Part shown: in pieces, positions 29,094-39,626 of the stretch | Numbering within the stretch: position 1 is the stretch's first letter | Layout of the letters: each line of letters starts with the position of its first letter | NCBI GenBank assembly: GCA_964559985.1 | Contig: CAZLJX010000007.1 | Location: 13-64,012 of the forward strand | Reading direction: 5' to 3' | Length of the DNA: 64,000 bases | Origin: an uncultured Bacteroidales bacterium | GTDB taxonomy: Bacteria > Bacteroidota > Bacteroidia > Bacteroidales > CAZLJX01 | Notes under the pieces: generated by a model | The model's input: the letters and a program-made list of their open reading frames with translations, nothing else | Database searches by the model: none | Told to the model about the DNA's origin: nothing | Translations under genes and position numbers: made by a program

Positions 29094-30956
29094 TTATTTT
29101 TCGAATTCAAGTATTGTAGCTGATTTCGGCATTAAAGTGATTTTTTGACTGACATCAATGGTATTTCCAAGAATGAGGCTTTTAGCTGTTGAAAATGATT
29201 TTAAAATTTCAGAAAACCTATACATATTCAAATCATTAACTTGTTGATTTTTATTAAGTATTACCATAACAGCTTTTTCAGGTAGTACCCTGAAATAAAC
29301 ATAAACTCCGTTTTCGGGAATAAAGTGAATGAATTTGCCCGTTTGAACTGCAGCATTATTTTTACGCCAATTGAGCATTAATTTAACAAAATCAAAAATT
29401 TCATTCTGCCCGGGTTTATCAATAAGATTGAAACCGTTTTCTACATCCCCAACCCATCCACCCGGAAAATCCTGCCTGATAAAGCCATGTCCCTGATGCT
29501 CAAGGCCTGTCATTGCAATTTCCGTTCCATAATATATCTGGGGTATACGGTTGGTGGTAAGCAGGAATGCCAATGCCATTTTAAAAAATGCGGTATCTCT
29601 TCCAACATTTTCGAAAAACCTTGTAAGATCATGATTATCGACAAAACCAACCACTTTCCCGGGTTGTGCAAATAAAAAATCCTGTGCCATGTGATAATAA
29701 AGTCTAAAAAGGCCATCGGTCCATGAGTCTGGTTCGGTGAAAGCTTTTGCAAGTGCATACGATAGCGGGAAATCAGTCACTGAATTTAATCCTGTTTCAA
29801 AATCGCCCTGCAAACCTTTTCCCTGTTGCCATGCAGCGGTAATTGCTATGGTTTGTTCCCATGTTTCGCCCAAAATAGTAAACGAAGGATATTCACTCAT
29901 GATACGTTTTGCCCAACCTGACATCGGACTTTTAAAAGGATACGGCCATGTATCCATCCTAATAGCATCAATGCCGGCAAATTCAATCCACCACAGGGTA
30001 TTTTGCGTAAGGTAAGCCATTAATCTTGGGTTTTGCTGGTTGAGGTCGGCCATATGGTGGTCAAACCAACCGGTATTCATCAGGTTGCGGTCATATTCTG
30101 ATGCATAGGGGTCGGTAATGGTTGCTGCCCTGAAATTGGAACGCGTGAAAACAGGATGAGCATTGATCCAGTCACTGTCGGGTAAATTTTTTATGATGGA
30201 CGAATGAATGGATAAATGATTAAAAACCATATCCATCACAACCTTCAGGTTTTTTTCGTGGGCATTTTTCACCAGGTCATGGTATTCGTCGTTGGTGCCA
30301 AGTCTTGGATCAACCTTATATAAATCGGTAATGGCATAGCCGTGGTAAGAGTATGACGGGTTATTGTTTTCGAGTACCGGAGTTGGCCACACTGCCGTAA
30401 CGCCCAACCTGGAAAGGTAATCCAGATGGTCGGTAATTCCTTTCAGGTCTCCTCCATGGCGGCCGTCAGGGTTTTTCCTGTTGCATTTTTCAATGGTTTC
30501 AGTATGGTTGTCGTTGGCAGGGTTTCCGTTGGCAAAACGGTCGGGCATGAGCAGGTAAATAACATCACCGGGGCCAAACCCGGAATGAGCATTTTGCCCA
30601 TCGCGGGCTTTTATTTCGTAATCAACCGATATAAAAATTTTTTTGTTTTTGATGAAGTTGATTCTACCGGTTCCTGGCAATGTATTATCTGAAATTTTCA
30701 GGTCAACAAACATATAACCTTTATTTTTTGAAGTTTCAAAGCGTATCACCGAAATTCCAGGAAAAATGATTTCAGGAGTTAATGCTTCCAGTTCATTACC
30801 ATAAACTAATAATTGCATGGTATCGGTTGTAAACCCGGCAAACCAGAAAGGCGGATCAATTCGGGAGATCGTTGGTTTAGCTTCCAAAGGGTTAACACTT
30901 TTTGAACCAAGAAAGATTATTAAACAATAAGAAAGGATCAGATGATTAATTTTCAT
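29094..30956 (-). CDS. Secreted GH13 alpha-amylase/neopullulanase/cyclomaltodextrinase (SusA-like)
   Basis: Signal; ISRIDPPFW N-domain, IYLLMPDRFANG, HGGDLKG, SYHGYAITD, catalytic IRMDT / GETW / DNHD. Confidence 0.93.
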   Translation of the reverse strand: MKINHLILSYCLIIFLGSKSVNPLEAKPTISRIDPPFWFAGFTTDTMQLLVYGNELEALTPEIIFPGISVIRFETSKNKGYMFVDLKISDNTLPGTGRINFIKNKKIFISVDYEIKARDGQNAHSGFGPGDVIYLLMPDRFANGNPANDNHTETIEKCNRKNPDGRHGGDLKGITDHLDYLSRLGVTAVWPTPVLENNNPSYSYHGYAITDLYKVDPRLGTNDEYHDLVKNAHEKNLKVVMDMVFNHLSIHSSIIKNLPDSDWINAHPVFTRSNFRAATITDPYASEYDRNLMNTGWFDHHMADLNQQNPRLMAYLTQNTLWWIEFAGIDAIRMDTWPYPFKSPMSGWAKRIMSEYPSFTILGETWEQTIAITAAWQQGKGLQGDFETGLNSVTDFPLSYALAKAFTEPDSWTDGLFRLYYHMAQDFLFAQPGKVVGFVDNHDLTRFFENVGRDTAFFKMALAFLLTTNRIPQIYYGTEIAMTGLEHQGHGFIRQDFPGGWVGDVENGFNLIDKPGQNEIFDFVKLMLNWRKNNAAVQTGKFIHFIPENGVYVYFRVLPEKAVMVILNKNQQVNDLNMYRFSEILKSFSTAKSLILGNTIDVSQKITLMPKSATILEFEK

Positions 30957-30983
30957 ATAAACATGATTTTTATTTTCAGATTT

Positions 30984-31634
30984 TCAAGGTTTTCGATGCG
31001 AAAAGAGCCATTGGTAAAATTCATCGGAAAGATAAACATCTGTCCAGCAGTCGTGTCCATAACCTTTCATTTCAATAAATTCAGGATTTCCACCGGCTGC
31101 TTTCACAGCCTCGTTCATTTCGTAACTTTTGGCAATGGGAATGATTTCATCGTTTGTGCCGTGATAGGTGCGGACAGGCATTTTCTTTAATTGATGCGCC
31201 AGGTGTGTCAAGCCACCGCCACAGATCGGAGCTATGGCAGCAAATAATCCGGGATGTTCACCGGCAAAATTCCATGTGGCAAATCCTCCCATACTTAGCC
31301 CTGTTAAATAAACTCTTTTAGCATCAATGGCATAAAAACGCATCATATCGCCATAGAAAGAAAACAATTTTGAAGTTTCCCATCTTTCACCTGAATTGCA
31401 CTGGGGAGCCAGAACAAGTGCAGATAAATGGGCATTTTTCATTTTTGTAAAAATCGGGTGTTTTTCTATTTTAGACAGATCGTGCCCGCGTTCAAGTGCC
31501 CCATGAATAAAATAAATCAACGGAAAAGGCATTACGCCGTTATATCCGGGAGGAAAGTAGGCGATATAGTTATAGACCGAGCTGTTTTCGTCATTTCTGT
31601 CGGAATAGATCTGCTTAATAAGCCCTTTCATCAT
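30984..31634 (-). CDS. Alpha/beta hydrolase (phospholipase/carboxylesterase, predicted peptidase type)
   Basis: FIHGALERG, LAPQC, LTGLSMGG (GxSxG), HGTNDE, GHDCW triad, APICGG. Confidence 0.88.
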   Translation of the reverse strand: MMKGLIKQIYSDRNDENSSVYNYIAYFPPGYNGVMPFPLIYFIHGALERGHDLSKIEKHPIFTKMKNAHLSALVLAPQCNSGERWETSKLFSFYGDMMRFYAIDAKRVYLTGLSMGGFATWNFAGEHPGLFAAIAPICGGGLTHLAHQLKKMPVRTYHGTNDEIIPIAKSYEMNEAVKAAGGNPEFIEMKGYGHDCWTDVYLSDEFYQWLFSHRKP

Positions 31635-31759
31635 TTATATTAAACCTTTTCTCTGCAATGTAGTGAATATTTGTGCTGTACTGACGTAATTTCATCAACA
31701 CCATATAAAAATAATCATTTTGTGTGTAAATTTTGGTGAACCTTTATGTTTATTATGCT

Positions 31760-33631
31760 TTAAACAGAATCAGTAAAGAATTTTTTTATGGTTTTTTCCA
31801 TCAGATCAATCAGTTCGTTAATCCGGTATGGCTTACCGATATAATCATCAAAACCGGCCGCCACGCATTTTTCTTTCATGTCTCTCGAAACAAAAGCAGT
31901 AATAGCAATTACAGGTGTATGAACCGGGGTACCCGATTCTATTTCCCTGATTTTTCTTATAACTTCAAATCCATCGGAACCAGGCATTTCAAGATCGAGT
32001 AAAACAAGATGAAATTTTCGTTTATAAAAATGCTCAATTGCCTGATTTCCATTTGATGCCACAACAATTTCGTTCACTTTGTTTTTAATCCCGAACAATA
32101 AAACCTGAAGGTTGGTTGTATTGTCTTCTGCCACAAGAATAATACTGTCTGATAATTGATTGATTCTGGCATTAACCAAAGGCCCGGTAACAGCCTGCTC
32201 AAATTTCTGTTTCAAAACGGAATAATTTTCCGGTTTGTCCATGCTTTTTGCCAACATCATTGAAAACCAAAAAATCACTTCATCACCCATTTTTCTAACA
32301 CCAATATCGCCCCGATAATTTTTCAAAATCTGCTTTGAAATAGAAAGATTATATAAATAATGATAGTCGCTGGCTACAGATTCATTTTTACAATCAATGC
32401 CATCAAAATAGCCGAAAAGGTCGCTATTTTTCAGACTTTTTAACGAAGACGCTGCAATACTCTTTGTCGAAAACTCAAAAATAATTTCGGCTTCGGTGAC
32501 AAACTCCTGTTTGATATAAAGCCGGATATCAATTCCTGGCTTGGTGGATGAATGAATCCTAACGGTTTCGCAAACATTGTAAAATAATTTGGTAATAAGG
32601 TTGGGATTTCCATAAAAATATAGTTTAAGACTATCAGGAAAATGAATATTAAAATCGGTTTTATTTTCAAATTCTGTTTGTTGATAAATGGAAATAAACC
32701 GGTTTATCGTCTCGTAAAGCGAGAAATATACTTCTTCATAGCGGCTGTTTACTCCAGATTCGAGCAGATTATTGATTTCGTCTACTTCCTTTACGAGGGT
32801 ATTGACAATATTTCCCACTGTATTGATGTATTCTTTCCTTTCAGAGTCAAGGTTAGAATTGCGTATCATAGGCATTAACCCAACAATGCTGTTGAGTGTT
32901 GTACGTATATGGTGCGAAAGATGTAAGATAACTTCGGTTTTGGTGCGGGTTGAATTATCGGCCTCCAGGTAAAGATTTTCGAATTCGCCAATTTTTCGTT
33001 TTTTCCGGTACAAGATAAAAGCAGAAATAATATAAATAAAAATGTAAACGCTCAGGAATCTTAATTCAAAAACAAGCTGGTATTCAGGATAGTAATGTTT
33101 TACCGGAGGAATAAAAAATAATAGTAAGGCAAAAAACAATGGAATGGCGGCAACCTGTGTACCGCGCCTGAAACCTAAAACGGTTAATGAAATGGGTGGT
33201 AAAATATAAAACCACAAATATGAAGCATTTTGAAAAGTTGAAACAAACAGGAATGAACTAACCATAAAAGCCAGAAAAGTCACAGCAAAAACAGAAGAAA
33301 ACCTGATATTCTTGGTATATTTCAAATATAAAAAATTGAAAAGAATAGCAATCAGCGACAAAGCCAATACAATCACAAGGCCATATAGCTGCTGCACAAT
33401 GGCAATAATGGCATAAAGAACACAGAATACCGATCCGGTCAATGTAAATACATTGATAATAAATACATTATCAACAACCTCGGAATCGTATTTCTCTTCC
33501 ATGTTGAAGGTGAAAAAATTCAGCAGTTTTTTGAGTGTCATAACGGTAAGAAATGAAAGTAGATGTAATTCATTATCCGAAAAGTTATTGGCTAAAGATA
33601 AATAATTAATGACATAAAATGAATATGTCAT
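31760..33631 (-). CDS. Multi-TM hybrid sensor: degenerate HisKA/HATPase plus intact receiver domain
   Basis: ~6 TM helices; SHHIRTTLNSIVG H-box-like; LSISKQIL...GDIGV...FWF remnant; REC motifs VAEDN, LLDLEMPGSDG, IAITA, KPY. Start may be ATG 33502. Confidence 0.8.
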   Translation of the reverse strand: MTYSFYVINYLSLANNFSDNELHLLSFLTVMTLKKLLNFFTFNMEEKYDSEVVDNVFIINVFTLTGSVFCVLYAIIAIVQQLYGLVIVLALSLIAILFNFLYLKYTKNIRFSSVFAVTFLAFMVSSFLFVSTFQNASYLWFYILPPISLTVLGFRRGTQVAAIPLFFALLLFFIPPVKHYYPEYQLVFELRFLSVYIFIYIISAFILYRKKRKIGEFENLYLEADNSTRTKTEVILHLSHHIRTTLNSIVGLMPMIRNSNLDSERKEYINTVGNIVNTLVKEVDEINNLLESGVNSRYEEVYFSLYETINRFISIYQQTEFENKTDFNIHFPDSLKLYFYGNPNLITKLFYNVCETVRIHSSTKPGIDIRLYIKQEFVTEAEIIFEFSTKSIAASSLKSLKNSDLFGYFDGIDCKNESVASDYHYLYNLSISKQILKNYRGDIGVRKMGDEVIFWFSMMLAKSMDKPENYSVLKQKFEQAVTGPLVNARINQLSDSIILVAEDNTTNLQVLLFGIKNKVNEIVVASNGNQAIEHFYKRKFHLVLLDLEMPGSDGFEVIRKIREIESGTPVHTPVIAITAFVSRDMKEKCVAAGFDDYIGKPYRINELIDLMEKTIKKFFTDSV

Positions 33632-33722
33632 AAAATATTAAAGCCGGTTAAATTTAAATCAATGATCAATTTGGGTTTAGGTTATATTAAAATAGTACCG
33701 CTGGTAAACACCGAAAAATATT

Positions 33723-33730
33723 TAACTTTG
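33723..33730 (+). promoter_or_regulatory. Promoter -7 element
   Basis: TAACTTTG, ~64 bp upstream of ATG 33794. Confidence 0.5.
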
Positions 33731-33793
33731 GTTCAGGAAAATCTTTGTATAAAACCAACCGCTTTGATCTGGATAAACAAATATCGTTTAAAA

Positions 33794-34459
33794 ATGATAA
33801 AACCACTGGTTTTTGCTTTTTGCCTGTTTTTTTTTCAATGGGTTTTATCACAGTCAGATACAATAAAATATAAACCCTATTCATCCGATTTCAGGTTTCG
33901 CGAAGGCATTTATCTGAATTTTGAACAGGTAAAATATAATCAGCCTGTAGCAAAACAAAACATTATCAGCACCGTAAATCCCTACGACCTGTATTTTTTT
34001 GAAAAAATACTGGATGAACAAACCATTGCTTTTTACGATCAGTTCGGGGTAAGAAACGAGGTTAAAACTTCGCAAATATGGGGATTCTCGCGAAAAGGGG
34101 CATTGTATATCAATTATTCAGGCGATTTTAACCGGATTCCGGTAGTTGGCAGTATTTGTCATTTTGTAGCCACAGTCATTGTTTACGAAGACAGGTATCC
34201 GTCAAGTTATTATTCACCTTATTATTATGGTTACCAGCCCACGCGACAAACAAGCAGTGAAATAAGGCAGTTTTTACTTGATTTTGAAACCGGAAGGGTG
34301 ATGGAATTTACCACCGATAATGTTTTGATATTCCTGGCACGCGACAAAGAACTGTATGATGAGTATAACAATTTATCGAACCGGAAAAAAAGACAGCTTA
34401 AATTCTTATATATCCGTAAATACAATGAAAAACATCCAATCATGTTTCCGGTAAAATAA
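33794..34459 (+). CDS. Secreted hypothetical protein; remote paralogue of the 43335-43946 protein
   Basis: Start moved to ATG 33794 (MIKPLVFAFCLFFFQWVLSQ signal). Shared blocks GIY..F....N.P, WGF...YIN, DF.TG, RD.EL..EY and YIR.Y.EKH. Confidence 0.75.
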   Translation: MIKPLVFAFCLFFFQWVLSQSDTIKYKPYSSDFRFREGIYLNFEQVKYNQPVAKQNIISTVNPYDLYFFEKILDEQTIAFYDQFGVRNEVKTSQIWGFSRKGALYINYSGDFNRIPVVGSICHFVATVIVYEDRYPSSYYSPYYYGYQPTRQTSSEIRQFLLDFETGRVMEFTTDNVLIFLARDKELYDEYNNLSNRKKRQLKFLYIRKYNEKHPIMFPVK

Positions 34460-34531
34460 GTCAAAGGCGAAATAAAAATTTTTATTACTTTTATTTTTCA
34501 AAACAAAAAGAAACAACCTAAAAACAATAAT

Positions 34532-35380
34532 ATGAAAAGAATACTTTACGCAGTACTTATCAGTTGTTCCGTATTATCGGTATCAGCTCAGATATCAGTA
34601 GGTACACCCGAGCAGTTGGCGCAGTTTTTCCGCACCAAAACCATTGTATTACTTATCGACAATCCTACCAGTGAATATAACCGTATCATGAAAGAGGCGG
34701 TTGAAAAATACTGGAAATTAACCCCATACGAATTCGTACCTTATACGAAAGATGAGTTTAACAAAATCAGGATGGACACATCGTTATCGTTTCTGAAACT
34801 TAGCACCGTAACTTATCCGAATGATGATGTAAAACAACAATATTATTTTTTAACGGTCTCGTTGGGTGGCAAATATAAAGCTGCTGTCGAAATGCCTGAA
34901 ATAGCTTCAATACCTGTATGCTATGTCGAATCGCAGGAAGATTACTTTGCCTATAAAGCCCCCATGCTGTTAAAATTTATTATAAACCATATCGAAATTG
35001 CCAAGGCAAATCCAAAATTAAAGACAAAAAAAGCCCCCGGATATTATAAGAAACAGCTTCCCGGATTGAAACAGAACACCCTGTATGTTATTTCAGATGA
35101 ATTGGGCAAAGACATGAATGAAAACACGATAAAATCTGTATATCAACATCCTGTAAAAATAGTAAGCCGGGACGAAGCAGCAAAAATTATTGAGAAAGGC
35201 GATAAAAACGCAGCATTTATTCACCTGATTGGCGCACAAGAAGTTAAAAAGAAAGGCCGCTGTTACAAGATGGCAATGAATGCTGGCACCGGAATGCTAT
35301 ATTCGCTTAAATGGCACATGATCAATGAAAAAACGCCTGATGCCATGACACTTAAAGATTTTAAAGCAATAAGCAAATAG
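34532..35380 (+). CDS. Secreted hypothetical protein
   Basis: Signal peptide MKRILYAVLISCSVLSVSAQ; 282-aa ORF in line with its neighbours; no family recognised. Confidence 0.7.
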   Translation: MKRILYAVLISCSVLSVSAQISVGTPEQLAQFFRTKTIVLLIDNPTSEYNRIMKEAVEKYWKLTPYEFVPYTKDEFNKIRMDTSLSFLKLSTVTYPNDDVKQQYYFLTVSLGGKYKAAVEMPEIASIPVCYVESQEDYFAYKAPMLLKFIINHIEIAKANPKLKTKKAPGYYKKQLPGLKQNTLYVISDELGKDMNENTIKSVYQHPVKIVSRDEAAKIIEKGDKNAAFIHLIGAQEVKKKGRCYKMAMNAGTGMLYSLKWHMINEKTPDAMTLKDFKAISK

Positions 35381-35417
35381 TTCCTGAAAATAATTAACAC
35401 CTCATTCATATACATGT

Positions 35418-37097
35418 ATGGCTGATGATAATAAAGTAATTTTTTCGATGGTAGGGGTGAGTAAAACCTTTCCACCTCATAAAAAAGTGCTCAGCAATAT
35501 CTATTTATCGTTTTTTTATGGTGCCAAAATAGGAATCATCGGGCTTAACGGTTCAGGAAAATCGACATTAATGAAAATTATTGCCGGTGTCGAAAAATCA
35601 TTTGACGGGCAGGTGGTTTTTTCGCCCGGTTATTCCATCGGATATCTTGAACAGGATCCAAAACTTGATGAGACAAAAACCGTGAAAGAAATTGTTCAGG
35701 AAGGCACCCAGGAAATTGTTGATTTACTGAAAGAATATGAAGAGGTAAATAATAAATTTGCCGAACCGATGGACGATGCAGCCATGAATAAGCTCATTGC
35801 CAGGCAGGGAGAACTCACCGAATTGATCGATCAGCACAATGGATGGGAACTTGATGTTAAACTGGAACGTGCCATGGATGCTTTGCGTTGTCCTGAGCCC
35901 GACCTGATGATAAAAAATCTTTCGGGTGGAGAAAAACGCCGGGTGGCACTCTGCAGGCTGCTGTTGCGGGAACCCGATATCCTGTTGCTTGATGAACCAA
36001 CCAATCATCTTGATGCAGAATCGATACAATGGCTCGAACAACATTTACAACAATACAAAGGCACGGTGATAGCCATTACCCACGACCGTTATTTTCTGGA
36101 TAATGTAGCCGGCTGGATCCTTGAACTTGACCGGGGAGAAGGCATCCCGTGGAAAGGCAATTACAGTTCATGGCTTGAACAAAAAACCAAACGCCTCGAA
36201 ACAGAAGAAAAACAAATCAGCAAACGCCGTAAAACCCTCGAACATGAGCTTGAATGGGTGCGTATGGCACCCAGGGCAAGGCAGGCCAAATCAAAAGCCA
36301 GGCTATCGGCCTATGAAAAAATGATGAATGAAGATATTAAACAAAAAGAAGAACGCCTCGAAATTTTTATACCGAATGGACCAAGGCTGGGAAATTCGGT
36401 CATTGATGTAATGAATGTGAGTAAATCATTTGGCAATAAATTATTATTTGAGAATCTCACATTTAGCCTGCCACCAGCCGGCATTGTGGGAGTGATTGGC
36501 CCCAACGGAGCAGGAAAAACGACGCTTTTCAGACTTATAATGGGGCAGGAAGCCCCTGATGCAGGCACCTTCCAGGTTGGAGAAACCGTAAAAATAGGTT
36601 ATGTTGACCAGGAACATATTTCAATCGACCCTGAAAAATCAGTTTATGAAGTGGTTTCTGACGGAAACGAGCTGATGATGCTGGGAGGCAGGCAAATAAA
36701 TTCCAGGGCTTATCTTGGAAGGTTTAATTTTTCAGGCGCCGATCAGGAAAAAAAATGTGGTATGCTTTCGGGAGGCGAAAGAAACAGGCTGCATTTAACA
36801 CTGACCCTGAAATCGGAAGCCAATGTCTTACTGCTTGACGAACCTACCAACGATATTGATGTAAATACATTAAGAGCCTTGGAAGAAGGTCTGGAAAATT
36901 TTGCAGGCTGTGCCGTGGTTATTTCGCATGACCGCTGGTTTCTCGACCGGGTAGCCACACACATTCTGGCTTTTGAAGGCAATTCGCAAGTTTATTTTTT
37001 CGAAGGTTCTTACTCGGAATATGAGGAAAACCGCCGGAAACGAATGGGTGATGAAGGACCAAAACGGATCAGGTATAAAAAACTGGTAAAAGACTAA
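35418..37097 (+). CDS. ettA: Energy-dependent translational throttle protein EttA (ABC-F)
   Basis: LSFFYGAKIGIIGLNGSGKST, LSGGEKRRVAL, GEGIPWKGNYSSWLEQK, ELEWVR..RARQAKSKARL, LSGGERNR. Confidence 0.97.
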   Translation: MADDNKVIFSMVGVSKTFPPHKKVLSNIYLSFFYGAKIGIIGLNGSGKSTLMKIIAGVEKSFDGQVVFSPGYSIGYLEQDPKLDETKTVKEIVQEGTQEIVDLLKEYEEVNNKFAEPMDDAAMNKLIARQGELTELIDQHNGWELDVKLERAMDALRCPEPDLMIKNLSGGEKRRVALCRLLLREPDILLLDEPTNHLDAESIQWLEQHLQQYKGTVIAITHDRYFLDNVAGWILELDRGEGIPWKGNYSSWLEQKTKRLETEEKQISKRRKTLEHELEWVRMAPRARQAKSKARLSAYEKMMNEDIKQKEERLEIFIPNGPRLGNSVIDVMNVSKSFGNKLLFENLTFSLPPAGIVGVIGPNGAGKTTLFRLIMGQEAPDAGTFQVGETVKIGYVDQEHISIDPEKSVYEVVSDGNELMMLGGRQINSRAYLGRFNFSGADQEKKCGMLSGGERNRLHLTLTLKSEANVLLLDEPTNDIDVNTLRALEEGLENFAGCAVVISHDRWFLDRVATHILAFEGNSQVYFFEGSYSEYEENRRKRMGDEGPKRIRYKKLVKD

Positions 37098-38560
37098 TTG
37101 TAATATTTTTGCACAGGATTTTGATGATATAAATCTATCGCAACAATAATGGCTGTATAACCCCAGAAAAGCATCGATACTTTATCGGTATCGAGAAAAT
37201 TATTCATAATGCCATGAAGGTAATAGGTAACCAGGCCCAGAAAAGACCCTAATACAATGATTCTGATTTCGCCTTCTGCCGTAAGGATTAATCTTCGTGC
37301 TGTATATATGGTACATATTACAACAGCAATAAACGATAACATACCAAAAAATCCCGATTCAGATAAAGGACCAAGATATTCGCTATGGGCATTGCCAAGA
37401 GTTCCGGCATTTGTGCTGATATATGATTTTTCAAATGCCCGCTGGTAGGGAGCGTATTTAAACATAAAGGTCCCGGGACCCCAACCGAACAAAGGTTTGT
37501 CTGCAAACATGCGTACAGCGCAACTCCAGCGGTTGAGCCTTTCCTTATTGGATGCATCGTTGGTAACATTTGAAATAGATTGCATATGCTGCGCTATATT
37601 TTCAGACGAATGGGCTTTGTTTCGTTCAAGCTGGATTTGAATCTGTGTCCAAGATGACCACAAAATAATCACCAATAAAAGGGATGCAACTGCAATAAAA
37701 GTAAAACTTATTTTAAACCTGAATATCACAAAAACACCAAATGCTGCTATAACACCAATCCAGGCAGCCCTTGTGTAAGAAAATATTAATGCAATAATCA
37801 GTATAGCAGTTGCGAAAAGATAAATGAACCTTATTGCTGAAGAATATGCTTTATTAAAACCCAGAGCAGTGACTACCGGAATTAAAAAAGCCAATACCGC
37901 TCCGTATGATGTGTGGTCTTTATAAAAAGGGTTGCATGCCCAATAAGCGATGGTTTTGTCGAAAATACCATAAAAAGAATGCCTGATAAGCGTGTAGGCA
38001 ATCACGATAAACAAGGGGGTAAGATAAAGCCAGATAAACCTTTTAATATTTTTTATATTAAAAAACAATTGGGAAGTGAGAAAATAAAACGCCACGATAA
38101 ACCAGGCATGAGCAAGGGTAAATTTTATAGAAACAACTGGCATAGTGCTTGTCAGAGAGGTGATTAACATCCATCCAAGATAAAAATATATGGCCACTGA
38201 TACGGGGTGTTGAAGTAATTTCCGGTCAATTTTACGATCAAACAGAAGTTTCATGATGAATAATAGTAAAATGCCGGCCAGCAAAGGTTCAGACGGAAGG
38301 TTCATGTCAAATTCAAAGCCCTGGGCAATTTCTTTAAGCGGGATGCTGAGCGGCACCATAAAAAAAACTGCATATAGCAGCCAGTCTAACCGGTAAAAAG
38401 CCAGCCACAAAACAGCCAGCAAAAAAGGCAGAAAGAGAAAATAATAAAACTCTGAATACAGTAAAATGCTGTTAACCAGTATAAATCCAACAACCCCTGT
38501 TAAAAGCCAGAAACGATCGGATTTAGGTTTCTCAATAAATTCAAGAATCGGATCTTTCAC
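37094..38560 (-). CDS. O-antigen ligase family membrane protein
   Basis: ~12 TM helices; SYTRAAWIG, ERLNRW..A.RMF.DKPLFGWGPG, NAHSEYL (Wzy_C/WaaL motifs). Confidence 0.88.
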   Translation of the reverse strand: MKDPILEFIEKPKSDRFWLLTGVVGFILVNSILLYSEFYYFLFLPFLLAVLWLAFYRLDWLLYAVFFMVPLSIPLKEIAQGFEFDMNLPSEPLLAGILLLFIMKLLFDRKIDRKLLQHPVSVAIYFYLGWMLITSLTSTMPVVSIKFTLAHAWFIVAFYFLTSQLFFNIKNIKRFIWLYLTPLFIVIAYTLIRHSFYGIFDKTIAYWACNPFYKDHTSYGAVLAFLIPVVTALGFNKAYSSAIRFIYLFATAILIIALIFSYTRAAWIGVIAAFGVFVIFRFKISFTFIAVASLLLVIILWSSWTQIQIQLERNKAHSSENIAQHMQSISNVTNDASNKERLNRWSCAVRMFADKPLFGWGPGTFMFKYAPYQRAFEKSYISTNAGTLGNAHSEYLGPLSESGFFGMLSFIAVVICTIYTARRLILTAEGEIRIIVLGSFLGLVTYYLHGIMNNFLDTDKVSMLFWGYTAIIVAIDLYHQNPVQKYYN

Positions 38561-39548
38561 CGGATTTCAGGTTATCGAGTATTAAAAGAATAAGAATAGT
38601 CAGCAAAAATGCACCGGCAGTACTTGCCAGCACAATAATCCAGCGAATAGGATATGCTTTTTTCTCGGCCTTCACTGCTTTACTCACCACAAATTTATAA
38701 GGAAGGTCATTATCGAGGTCGATTTTTGCTTCCATATATTTATTTTTCAGCATGGTAAGTCTGCCAATCATATATGAAAGCTGTTCGCTGAGTGAATTGT
38801 ATGAACTCCCATATTGAGAAAGAATTTTCATTTTTTCTTCCAGCATTTTAATACCCTGTGTTTTACCTTGTGCAATAGCAGTGGCATAAGCATCGTTGAA
38901 TACTTCGGCCTGTGCATTGTAATTGTTAATTCCCATTTTACGGATTTTTGCCAAAGAGTCTTCAATAATATTCATTTGCTTCGCGTAATACAGGTATTCT
39001 CTTTCAACAATTTTATAAGCTTTCAGAGCCCTTTGGCGCATCATTTTATTCATTACCGTATCAATCACTTCAGTAATGTAATTAGCCATATCGGAAGCAG
39101 TTTGAGGATCGCGGTCAAGCACCTCAATATCAATAGATAAAAATTCGGTCCGTTTAAATTTAATATTTTCTGTAAATTTACGAAAAAGGGTCGTCCTGGG
39201 GTATTTGGTGTTTGTATCAATCTCATAATGGGTCATTAAATCAAATTTCTCAATCACCAGGTTACGGATATCGTCTGAATGAAGTACCTGCATCATCTGG
39301 TCGAGTTCATCATCGCCACCAAACTGCAGCAGATTTTTATAAGCAATGTTGTCGCTCAGCAGGTTGTGCGACACCGAACCGGCAGCGACAGGAAATATAG
39401 TAACCACTGATTTATAGCGTGGTACAATAAGCAAAGAGATTACCATCGAGGTAACTGCAGCCAGCAAAGTGAGGGCAATGATAGGTTTGCGTTTTTCGAT
39501 CAGTAATTTGAAAAGTTTTACAGAAGTCCAGGAATAAGTAGGTTGCAT
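38541..39548 (-). CDS. Wzz-type polysaccharide chain-length determinant
   Basis: N- and C-terminal TM helices flanking a coiled-coil region; PRYKSVVTIFP and KAVKAEKKAYPIRW. Confidence 0.85.
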   Translation of the reverse strand: MQPTYSWTSVKLFKLLIEKRKPIIALTLLAAVTSMVISLLIVPRYKSVVTIFPVAAGSVSHNLLSDNIAYKNLLQFGGDDELDQMMQVLHSDDIRNLVIEKFDLMTHYEIDTNTKYPRTTLFRKFTENIKFKRTEFLSIDIEVLDRDPQTASDMANYITEVIDTVMNKMMRQRALKAYKIVEREYLYYAKQMNIIEDSLAKIRKMGINNYNAQAEVFNDAYATAIAQGKTQGIKMLEEKMKILSQYGSSYNSLSEQLSYMIGRLTMLKNKYMEAKIDLDNDLPYKFVVSKAVKAEKKAYPIRWIIVLASTAGAFLLTILILLILDNLKSGERSDS

Positions 39549-39626
39549 GCGATAATATTTTCAATATTTGAGGCTTCAAAAATAATAAAAAGCCGGTTAT
39601 AAAAACGAAATCCTTTAAAATGAAGA

